Positions 50,947-58,503 of a stretch of DNA of 64,000 nucleotides are shown here, piece after piece (position 1 is the stretch's first letter; each line of letters starts with the position of its first letter). Under the pieces are notes generated by a model, which saw nothing but the letters and a program-made list of their open reading frames with translations, was not told where the DNA came from and searched no databases. The position numbers were made by a program, and so were the translations under genes. The stretch lies in contig CAWFBS010000008.1 of the NCBI GenBank assembly GCA_963814115.1, positions 520,160-584,159 of the forward strand. The letters run 5' to 3'. The DNA is from an uncultured Chloroflexia bacterium. GTDB taxonomy: Bacteria; Chloroflexota; Limnocylindria; Limnocylindrales; CSP1-4.

Positions 50947-51943
50947 CGCGCCGATCCTCCCCGAGCCCGGTGATCCGGTCGCGACCCGCCTGGACGAGCA
51001 GAGCGCCGGCCTCCTGCTGCCGGCGCGGCCGGGTCGCGGTCATAAGGGCACCTTCGGCAAGCTCCTCGTCGTGGCCGGATCGCTCGACTACGCGGGAGCG
51101 GCCCTCCTGGTGTGCCAGGCGGCCGGGCGCGCGGGGACGGGACTGGTCACGCTCGCGGTGCCCGAGTCCCTGCAGCCGCTCTTCGCGGCCAAGGTGGTCG
51201 AGGCAACCACGCTGGCACTCACCGAAGACGACGTCGAGGAAGTTGACCCGGCGCCCGCCCTGGCCCGGATCCTCGATCACGAGCACGATGCCCTCGTCGT
51301 CGGTCCGGGGCTGCGGCCGTCGCTCGCCTCCGCCGCCCTGATCCGGGGCATCCTCGCCGCGAGGGCAGAGGACGACGCCGCGCCCGCCGTCGTCGACGCG
51401 GAGGCGCTCCGCTCGCTCGCCGCCGAGGATGGCTGGTGGGAGGGCGTGATGCGGCCGTGCGTGCTCACGCCGCACGTGGGGGAATTCGGCCGGCTTCGAG
51501 CGGCCGGGGGGGTTGCCACCGGGGCCGACGGCGACCTCGCCGGTGATGATCCCGCCCGGCTCGAGGCCGCCCGCCACGCGGCGCGGGCCTGGGGCCAGGT
51601 CGTGGTCCTCAAGGGTGCGCACACGGTCATCGCGGCCCCGGACGGTGCCGCGGCGGTGGCGACGTTCGAGAACCCGGCACTCGCCACCGGCGGGACCGGC
51701 GACGTCCTGGCCGGGACGATCGGCGGCCTGCTGGCCCAGGGTCTCGACCCGTACCCGGCGGCGTGCCTTGGTGTCCAGCTCCACGGCATGGCGGGCGACG
51801 CCGTGCGACATCGGGTCGGGGACGCGGGGCTCCTCGCTGGTGATCTTCCCTTCGAGATCGCCCGTGCGCGTCACCGCCTGGCGGTCGATGCTGCTCGCCG
51901 GGCCGGCGCGAAACGGCTCGGGTTCGGGCGCCCAGCCGAATGA
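50939..51943 (+). CDS. nnrD: ADP-dependent NAD(P)H-hydrate dehydratase (stand-alone YjeF C-terminal domain)
   Basis: HKGTFG, GSLDYAGAALL, LTPHVGEF, LKGAHT, GGTGDVLAG; start ATG 50939. Confidence 0.93.
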   Translation: MPDAPILPEPGDPVATRLDEQSAGLLLPARPGRGHKGTFGKLLVVAGSLDYAGAALLVCQAAGRAGTGLVTLAVPESLQPLFAAKVVEATTLALTEDDVEEVDPAPALARILDHEHDALVVGPGLRPSLASAALIRGILAARAEDDAAPAVVDAEALRSLAAEDGWWEGVMRPCVLTPHVGEFGRLRAAGGVATGADGDLAGDDPARLEAARHAARAWGQVVVLKGAHTVIAAPDGAAAVATFENPALATGGTGDVLAGTIGGLLAQGLDPYPAACLGVQLHGMAGDAVRHRVGDAGLLAGDLPFEIARARHRLAVDAARRAGAKRLGFGRPAE

Positions 51944-53274
51944 CCGACCCCGCGGCGCCGATCGAGGAGCGCCTGCGGGCTGCCCGGCTCCCGCCGCTGC
52001 CGCGTACGGCCTGGCTTCAGGTCGACCTTGGACGGCTGGCCGGGAACGTGCGGGCGATGCGGGCGGCGCTGCCGGCAGACACCCTGTTCGAGGCCGTCGT
52101 GAAGGCCAATGGCTACGGCCACGGGGCCGTGCCGGTCGCGCACGCCGCGCTGGCTGCCGGCGCTCACGGGCTCTGTGTCGCAACGCTGGACGAGGGGCTC
52201 GAGCTCCGCGCGGCCGGCCTGCGTGCGCCGATTCTCGTGCTCTTTCCCATCCCGCCGGACGGTTTCGGAGAGGCTGCCCGGGCCGGGATCGCGGTGGCGG
52301 CCGGGGACGACCTCCTTTGGACCCGCGGCCTGGCCGCCTATGCGCGCAGCCGACGGCGCTCCCGGGGCCAGGTGGGCGAGCTGGTCGTTCACGTCGGCCT
52401 CGAAACCGGGCTGGGCCGGGATGGTCTCCGGCCCGAACAGGCGCTCGCAGCCGTGCGCGCCATGGCCGACGTGGCCGGTGCCCGTTTCGAGGGTGTCTGG
52501 TCGCATCTTCAGGCGCCCGAGGACCCGGCCCGGACCACCCACCAGGTCGAGCGGTTCGTGGCCGCGGTGCGGGCCCTGGTCGCGGCCGGGCTGCCGGTGC
52601 CGCATCGCCACCTCCTGGCCTCGGGTGGCCTGCTGGCGGTGGAGCGGTACGCAGGCGGCACGGCGCCCGTCTTCGACGGCGTCCGGGTGGGCCTCTCCCT
52701 CTACGGGATCGAACCACCCGGGCTCCGGATCGGGCCGGCCGCGAGCGTGATCAGCGCTTCGCTGCAGCCGGTCCTCTCGCTGCACGCCCGACCGGTCCGC
52801 GTGGCCGACCTGCCCACAGGCGAGGGCGTGGGGTACGGGCCCAGCTTCGTGACGGCGCGCCCCAGCCGGATCGCGACGCTGCCGGTCGGCTACGCGGACG
52901 GCTGGGTCCGCGCGCTGGGGAATCGCGCGACGGCGCTTGTCCGAGGCTCCCGGGTCCCCCTGGTCGGGACGGTCGCGATGGACGCCGTGATGGCCGACGT
53001 CACGGACGCACCCGGACCGCCCGTCACGCCCGATGACGAGTTCGTCCTCCTGGGCGAACAGGGTGCCGAACGGATCACCGCCGACGAGCTGGCGCGAGAG
53101 CGCACCACGATCAGCTGGGAGGTGCTTGCCACGATGGCTGGCCGCCTACCCCGGGTGTACACTTCGCCGGCCGACGCGGTCGGTATTCGCACGCTCACGC
53201 AGGACCGGGGGCCATGGCAGACATCGCGCTCTGGAACGGCGACATCTGCGACCTCGAGGTGGACGCGATCGTGA
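51940..53274 (+). CDS. alr: Alanine racemase
   Basis: AVVKANGYGHG (PLP Lys), GVWSH, GVGYG, GYADG, VAMD, ISWEVL. Confidence 0.93.
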   Translation: MTDPAAPIEERLRAARLPPLPRTAWLQVDLGRLAGNVRAMRAALPADTLFEAVVKANGYGHGAVPVAHAALAAGAHGLCVATLDEGLELRAAGLRAPILVLFPIPPDGFGEAARAGIAVAAGDDLLWTRGLAAYARSRRRSRGQVGELVVHVGLETGLGRDGLRPEQALAAVRAMADVAGARFEGVWSHLQAPEDPARTTHQVERFVAAVRALVAAGLPVPHRHLLASGGLLAVERYAGGTAPVFDGVRVGLSLYGIEPPGLRIGPAASVISASLQPVLSLHARPVRVADLPTGEGVGYGPSFVTARPSRIATLPVGYADGWVRALGNRATALVRGSRVPLVGTVAMDAVMADVTDAPGPPVTPDDEFVLLGEQGAERITADELARERTTISWEVLATMAGRLPRVYTSPADAVGIRTLTQDRGPWQTSRSGTATSATSRWTRS

Positions 53275-53744
53275 GCCCGGCCAGCCCGAACTTCTGGATG
53301 GCGACGGGCGTCGCGGGCGCGATCAAGCGCCGGGGTGGCGATGCGATCGAGTTCGCCGCAGTCCGACAGGGGCCCGCCGACGTGGGCGACGCGATCGTGA
53401 CCAGTGCAGGCTCGCTGGCGGCGCGCTGGGTCATCCACGCCGTCTCGCTGGACGCGACCCGCCGCACGGACTCCCGCACGATCGATCGCGCTGTCCGGAG
53501 TGCGTTCGCGCGTGCCCGGGATCTCGGCGTGGAGACGCTCGCGATCCCGGCACTCGGCACCGGCGTGGGCGGCTACCCGATCGCGGAGGCAGCCCGGGTG
53601 ACGATCGCCGCGGCTCGCGCCGAGCTGGTCCGCTCGCCGCGGATCACCCGCCTGACCCTCGCCCTCCGCGGCGCGGCCGCGTACGAGGCATTTCGCGTCG
53701 CGCTGGCGGCCGCGAAGGCAGCCCCCGTCGAGATTTCGGCGTGA
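53214..53744 (+). CDS. Macro domain protein (divergent catalytic loop)
   Basis: GDIC..VDAIV, GVAGAI, WVIHAV, AIPALGTGVGG. Confidence 0.9.
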   Translation: MADIALWNGDICDLEVDAIVSPASPNFWMATGVAGAIKRRGGDAIEFAAVRQGPADVGDAIVTSAGSLAARWVIHAVSLDATRRTDSRTIDRAVRSAFARARDLGVETLAIPALGTGVGGYPIAEAARVTIAAARAELVRSPRITRLTLALRGAAAYEAFRVALAAAKAAPVEISA

Positions 53745-54031
53745 CATTCTCCGTCCTCCCGGGCGATGAGCAGCGGGCCGCCCTGGTCGAGGAGGTGGCC
53801 CGCGAGATCCAGCTTTGTGGCATGACCGGGCCGGCGGTGCTGTTCCTCCATGCGAGCATGCCGGACGGTGGACTCGTGGGGAGCGCGATGACGTTCTTCG
53901 ACCCGGTCCTGCGCCAGCTCTTCGGAGGTGGAAGCGCACCCGCGAGCGCCCTGCTGGCGGACGAGGCCGGCATCGAGCAGCTGCTCGACCGGCTCGAGGA
54001 GCTCGACGAGGAGTCGGTCTGGGACGCGTGA
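53741..54031 (+). CDS. 96-aa hypothetical protein (not a separate ORF in the track)
   Basis: GTG overlaps the macro stop (GTGA) and its TGA overlaps the next GTG; it is the C-terminal part of track ORF 53033-54031. Confidence 0.75.
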   Translation: MTFSVLPGDEQRAALVEEVAREIQLCGMTGPAVLFLHASMPDGGLVGSAMTFFDPVLRQLFGGGSAPASALLADEAGIEQLLDRLEELDEESVWDA

Positions 54032-55749
54032 GCCGCGCCGAGGCCGAACCTGCCGTCCCCCTCGTCGATCGCGGGCCCGAGCTGCCCGGGGCCGCTCCGC
54101 TGCCTTCCCCGGCCATGGTTCCGGCGGACGTCGGCGACCCGTACGGCGCGTTCGTGACCCTCGACCTTGGCACCGCGACGTCCGCCGCAGCGATCGTCGG
54201 TCGCGTCGACGGACGCTGGCGCCTGCTGGCGGCCACGGCCCTCCCGGCCGGCGCCGACCGGGACGCGCTCGTCGGGCTGCTCGTGGAGCGCCTCCGAGCC
54301 GCGGACCCTGATCTCGCCGAGGTGACCGTGAACCGGCCGGCGGAAGGGCCCCAGCCACTTGACTGGCCCCGGCTCGTTGCGCAGAGCGTGCCAGCCGCGA
54401 CGCTCGCCGTCATCGCGGCCACCGAGCGCACCCGTGCCCGGCTGGAAGAGGCCGCCACAGGAGCCGGCTGGAATGTGGTCGCGGGCAGCGCCGAGCGGAC
54501 GGACCCGCTCGAGCTCACCCGGATGGCAACGCGCCCCGGCGTGGCGGCCCTCCTGGTCGGCGTGGCGGACCCACCCGATTCGGACGAGCGCGACCTGGCC
54601 GCCGAGCTGGCGGTCGCGGCAGCCGGGATCGCGGCGCGGCGCCCCGGCCTGCGCATCTTCCTGGCTGGATCCATCCCGGAGGCCCCCCTGCGTGAAATCC
54701 TGCGCGACCCGGCTTTGGTGCGGCTCGCGGCACCGGCCCGTGGCGCCGGGGAGCCGGCCGCCTCGAGCCTGCGGACGGCGCTGGCGGACGCGCGCCGCGG
54801 CCCGACGGACAGCCGCCGTGCCCTCGCTGCGGCCGCTGGGTCGCTTGCCCGCGTCCTGGGGCTGCGAGCGGAGATCCTCGAGATCGGCGTCACGGGAGCG
54901 GCGCGCATCCTGGCCGCCCCGACACCGGACCGCGACGGCGCCGGCGGGGTGAGCGTGGAGGTCGTGGAAGCGCCCGACGCAGCCCTGTTCCGGGTGAATG
55001 GCCCCGGGGCGATCGACCGGGTCGATCACTGGTTCACCCACGGCCTGGACCGGGCCCGCCTCCGCGACCGGCTGGCGGAGCTGGCGATCGCCCCCTGGAG
55101 CGATCTCGAGGGGGACGGCGCACTTCTCCGGGGAGCCGCCCTCCGCGCGGCACTGGAGCGCCTTCTTGAGGCGACCGTGCCCGTGCTCGGGGATGGTGGT
55201 GTGGATCTCGTGATCGGTGCGGGCGGGGCGTGGTCCGCGGTTCCCGGCCCCGCGGCGGCCCACATCATCGCCGACGTGGTCCGCCGGCCAGGGGCGATGC
55301 AGGTCGCGATCGACCACGCTCGAATCCTCGGCCCGATCGGGACGATCGAGGACGACTCGGAACGCGACGCGCTCGTCGCCGACCTTGCCGAGGACCTGCT
55401 CCTGCGGCTCGGGACGGTGGTCACACCGCGCGGCCTGCGACCGAACCGGCCGGCCGGGCACCTCGCGCTCACGACGAGCGGCGGGAGCTCCGAGGTCGAC
55501 CTGGTGGCCGGCGGGCTGACGCTCGTCGATCTGCCGCCCGGAGCGAGCGGCATGGCCGATCTCTCGTTCCGCGGAGCCCCTGAGCTTGGGACGCGCGGTC
55601 GGCGCTTCCAGATCCCGGTCACCGGCGGTCTCGCCGGCCTGCTGCTCGACCTGCGAGACATCCCACTCCGGCTGCCGGAGCGGCCCGACCGCCGGCGCGA
55701 GCTGCTCGGGACCTGGGAGGCGGCCCTGTGGCCGGAGCGCGACGCATGA
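54028..55749 (+). CDS. GlmL/MutL (glutamate mutase L)-like ASKHA-fold protein
   Basis: DLGTATS...RVDGRWRLL (phosphate-1), LEIGVTGA (phosphate-2-like), LVIGAGG (adenosine), C-terminal GGLAGLLLDLRDIPLRLP...W; start GTG 54028. Confidence 0.65.
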   Translation: MSRAEAEPAVPLVDRGPELPGAAPLPSPAMVPADVGDPYGAFVTLDLGTATSAAAIVGRVDGRWRLLAATALPAGADRDALVGLLVERLRAADPDLAEVTVNRPAEGPQPLDWPRLVAQSVPAATLAVIAATERTRARLEEAATGAGWNVVAGSAERTDPLELTRMATRPGVAALLVGVADPPDSDERDLAAELAVAAAGIAARRPGLRIFLAGSIPEAPLREILRDPALVRLAAPARGAGEPAASSLRTALADARRGPTDSRRALAAAAGSLARVLGLRAEILEIGVTGAARILAAPTPDRDGAGGVSVEVVEAPDAALFRVNGPGAIDRVDHWFTHGLDRARLRDRLAELAIAPWSDLEGDGALLRGAALRAALERLLEATVPVLGDGGVDLVIGAGGAWSAVPGPAAAHIIADVVRRPGAMQVAIDHARILGPIGTIEDDSERDALVADLAEDLLLRLGTVVTPRGLRPNRPAGHLALTTSGGSSEVDLVAGGLTLVDLPPGASGMADLSFRGAPELGTRGRRFQIPVTGGLAGLLLDLRDIPLRLPERPDRRRELLGTWEAALWPERDA

Positions 55750-56762
55750 CGGGCAGGCTGGACCTGGTCCCGCCCCGCGCCCTCCTCGTTGCGCGCCCGC
55801 GCGTCCGGCTGGAGCTGCAGCCGGGCGATCGGGTGATCGCCGAGATCGGCGAGGTCGTTCATGCGGGCGATGTGCTGGCGGAACGCGTCCGCGACGCCCG
55901 GCTCGTCGAGATGGTGCTGCCGCGGCACGGGGCAGACCAGGGGATCCCGCTGCCTGGCACCTGGCTGCCCGGCGAGCACGCCCGACCCGGCCGTCGCGCC
56001 GGCACGCCGGCCGGCGAGCTGCTCTTCGAGCACGCCGGCCGTCGCCGCCTGGCGGTCGGTCCGCACCCGGACCATCTCAACGCTCCGGCCGACGGCCGTC
56101 TCGTCGAGGTGCACCAGGGGGTCGCGCTCGTGCTCGAGATCGAGGGGCCGGGCCTGGTCGCCACCGAGCTGCTCGGGGAACCCTTCTCGGGCCGCCTGGT
56201 CCTGCTGCCGGAGGAGTCCGATCCACGTCTCGCGCTCGACGTCGCCCTTGCCGGGGCGGTGGTGGTCGTGCCGGGCCGGGTGGATGCGGAGGCGCTCACC
56301 CGGGCACGGGCGATGGGTATCCACGGTGCAGTGGTCGGATCGCTCGCCGAGCGCGATCGGCGTGACCTCGCGGCGTCGGCGGCCCGCCAGCAGGCCGGCC
56401 CCCACCACCTGGCGCCCTTCGGCGTGCTTGTGCTCGGCGGGTACCTTCGACGTGCCTTCCCGTCGGCAGTCCGGGCCGTCCTGGAGACGGTCGCTGGTGC
56501 GCTGGTCGGATCGGTCGGCGATCCTCCGTTGCTGCTGCTGCCGGCGGAGCGCCTGCTGCCGTCGCCGGAACCCGACCGCGTCATCGTCCGGGGTGGCCAG
56601 GAGGCGGGCAGCGAGGGCCGGTGGCTGGGACCCGGCGGACCTCGCCGCCTGCGTGGAGGCGTTGTGGTCGAGACCGGGCTCATTGTCCTCGACGACGGCC
56701 GGGCGCTAGCGGTCGCGATCGGGGACCTGGAGCGGTTCGCCGCTGACGTCGCCAACCAGTAG
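55746..56762 (+). CDS. Hypothetical protein with barrel-sandwich-hybrid-like segments and KOW/SH3-like C-terminus
   Basis: GEVVHAGDVLA and APADGRLVEV hybrid-motif-like segments; C-terminal RVIVRGGQEAGSEG; ATGA-coupled to the upstream gene. Confidence 0.6.
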   Translation: MTGRLDLVPPRALLVARPRVRLELQPGDRVIAEIGEVVHAGDVLAERVRDARLVEMVLPRHGADQGIPLPGTWLPGEHARPGRRAGTPAGELLFEHAGRRRLAVGPHPDHLNAPADGRLVEVHQGVALVLEIEGPGLVATELLGEPFSGRLVLLPEESDPRLALDVALAGAVVVVPGRVDAEALTRARAMGIHGAVVGSLAERDRRDLAASAARQQAGPHHLAPFGVLVLGGYLRRAFPSAVRAVLETVAGALVGSVGDPPLLLLPAERLLPSPEPDRVIVRGGQEAGSEGRWLGPGGPRRLRGGVVVETGLIVLDDGRALAVAIGDLERFAADVANQ

Positions 56763-56765
56763 GCT
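56760..56765 (+). promoter_or_regulatory. -10 element TAGGCT 6 nt upstream of tsaE ATG (leaderless geometry)
   Basis: TAnnnT overlapping the preceding TAG stop; no SD. Confidence 0.5.
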
Positions 56766-56771
56766 CTGCGA

Positions 56772-57242
56772 ATGACCGCCGCCCTGTCGGAGCTTCGGCT
56801 CCTCGCGCCCGATCCGGCCGCGACGCGGGCGCTCGGCGAGCGCCTCGGACGTGCGGCGGCCGCCGGGGATGTCATCGCCCTCACGGGTCCGCTCGGCGCC
56901 GGCAAGACCGAGCTCGCCCGCGGCATCGCGCGCGGGCTCGGCGTGGTCGGCCCGGTCACCTCGCCCACGTTCGTCCTCGCCTCCGAGCACGAAGGGCGCC
57001 TCCCCTTGTTCCACCTCGACTGCTATCGCCTGGCCGGCCCGGAAGAGGCGCTCGCCGCGGGGCTTCTCGACGAGCGGGGTGCCGATGGCGTCACGGTGGT
57101 CGAGTGGGCCGAGCGCCTGGGACCGGCGCTTCCGACCGGGCGGCTGGAGATCCGGCTCGACGGGTCGGGTGACGACCCGCGCACGCTCGCCTGCCACGCC
57201 ACCGACCCGCGCCACCGAAGCCTCCTGGAGGCGCTGGCATGA
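56772..57242 (+). CDS. tsaE: t6A biosynthesis ATPase TsaE
   Basis: GPLGAGKT, SPTFVL, HLDCYRL, VEWAE. Confidence 0.97.
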   Translation: MTAALSELRLLAPDPAATRALGERLGRAAAAGDVIALTGPLGAGKTELARGIARGLGVVGPVTSPTFVLASEHEGRLPLFHLDCYRLAGPEEALAAGLLDERGADGVTVVEWAERLGPALPTGRLEIRLDGSGDDPRTLACHATDPRHRSLLEALA

Positions 57243-57958
57243 CGGCGGGCGGCGCGGGCGGGATGCTGCTGGCGCTCGACACCGCGACATCCCGGGCCGT
57301 CCTTGCGCTCGGGGCGGCCGACGGGACGCTGCTCGCCGCCGACACCTGGCCGGCCGGGCATCGCCACGTGGAAGAGCTCCTGCCGCGCCTGGAGGCGCTC
57401 CTCGCCGGGCATGGCTGGGATCGGGGCGCGCTTGCCGACCTGGCTGGGATCGTCGTGGGGACGGGGCCGGGGGCCTTCACCGGTCTCCGGGTCGGGCTGG
57501 CCACCGCCAAGGCCCTTGCGGTGGCCTTTCGCAAGCCGCTGGTCGCCGTCGGGAGCGGGGTCGCGCTGCTCGCCGCGGCGGAGGCGGCGGAGGCGGACCC
57601 AGCGACCGACGGCCGGCGCCTGGCGCTGCTCCTGCCCGCGGGCCCGTCCGGCCGCTACCTTGTGACGCGGGCCGGAACGCAGCTCGTGGTCGGCTCGGAT
57701 CATCCCGACCTCCCGGCCGATGCGCTGCTCGTCGCCGTGGATCTCGCCGGGCGCGCCCCGGCTGCGGCACGTGCACGCGGCGAGGCCGCCACGGACCGCC
57801 TTCCCGGGGTCCTGCTCCGCCTGGGTGCCGCACGTCTCGCGGCGGGAGACTCCGACGACCCCGCGCGGGTGGTCCCCGAGTACGTGACGCTCCCGCGCGG
57901 GTCGCGGGCGACGCCGGGCGCCGAGGAAGGAATGACGTGGTCGCCCGTCCGCCGGTGA
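57239..57958 (+). CDS. tsaB: t6A biosynthesis protein TsaB
   Basis: LALDTAT, HVEELLP, GPGAFTGLRVG. Confidence 0.93.
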   Translation: MTAGGAGGMLLALDTATSRAVLALGAADGTLLAADTWPAGHRHVEELLPRLEALLAGHGWDRGALADLAGIVVGTGPGAFTGLRVGLATAKALAVAFRKPLVAVGSGVALLAAAEAAEADPATDGRRLALLLPAGPSGRYLVTRAGTQLVVGSDHPDLPADALLVAVDLAGRAPAAARARGEAATDRLPGVLLRLGAARLAAGDSDDPARVVPEYVTLPRGSRATPGAEEGMTWSPVRR

Positions 57959-58503
57959 AGCTCTCGATCGAGCCGATGACGTTCGACGACCTGCCGGCGG
58001 TGCAGGCGATCGAGCGGGCCAGCTTCACGACACCCTGGCCGACCCACGCCTACCAAGCGGAGCTCGAGACGAACAAGCTCGCGCGCTACCTCGTGGTCCG
58101 AGCGGGCCGTGAGGTCATTGCCTACGCCGGAATCTGGCTGATGGTCGACGAGGCGCACGTCACGACGTTCGCGGTCGCGCCCGCTTGGCGCCGCCGGAGG
58201 ATCGGGGAGCGCCTCCTCGTGGCAGCCCTGGATCTGTCGATGGCGCGTGGGGCACGCGAGGCGACCCTGGAGGTGCGCCTCTCGAACGTCCCAGCGCGTC
58301 GTCTCTACGAGAAGTACGGCTTCCGGCCGGTCGGGATCCGGCCGCGCTACTACAGTGACGACCACGAGGACGCATTGATCATGACAACCGAGCCGCTCCA
58401 GTCGCCGGGCATGCGAGCTCGCCTCGCAGCGCTCACCGCGGAGCTGGCGGGGCTGCCCGACCCGGACCCTCCGGACACCGACCTGCCCGGTGGTTCCGGA
58501 TGA
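57937..58503 (+). CDS. rimI: Ribosomal protein S18 N-acetyltransferase RimI
   Basis: GTG 57937 after GAGGAAGG; EAHVTTFAV, LEVRLSN..ARRLYEKYGF, RPRYYSD..EDA. Confidence 0.95.
   Translation: MVARPPVKLSIEPMTFDDLPAVQAIERASFTTPWPTHAYQAELETNKLARYLVVRAGREVIAYAGIWLMVDEAHVTTFAVAPAWRRRRIGERLLVAALDLSMARGAREATLEVRLSNVPARRLYEKYGFRPVGIRPRYYSDDHEDALIMTTEPLQSPGMRARLAALTAELAGLPDPDPPDTDLPGGSG

Noticed and set aside
50939-51943. NnrD lacking the NnrE epimerase domain as a pseudogene
   Set aside because: Stand-alone NnrD proteins are well known and the motifs are intact.
53033-53740. Upstream part of the 332-aa ORF 53033-54031
   Set aside because: It is an off-frame overlap of alr and the macro gene; only 53741-54031 looks like a real gene.
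56851-58503. 550-aa + strand ORF in the track
   Set aside because: Only the part from GTG 57937 (RimI, with SD) is coding; the upstream part is an off-frame read-through of tsaE/tsaB.
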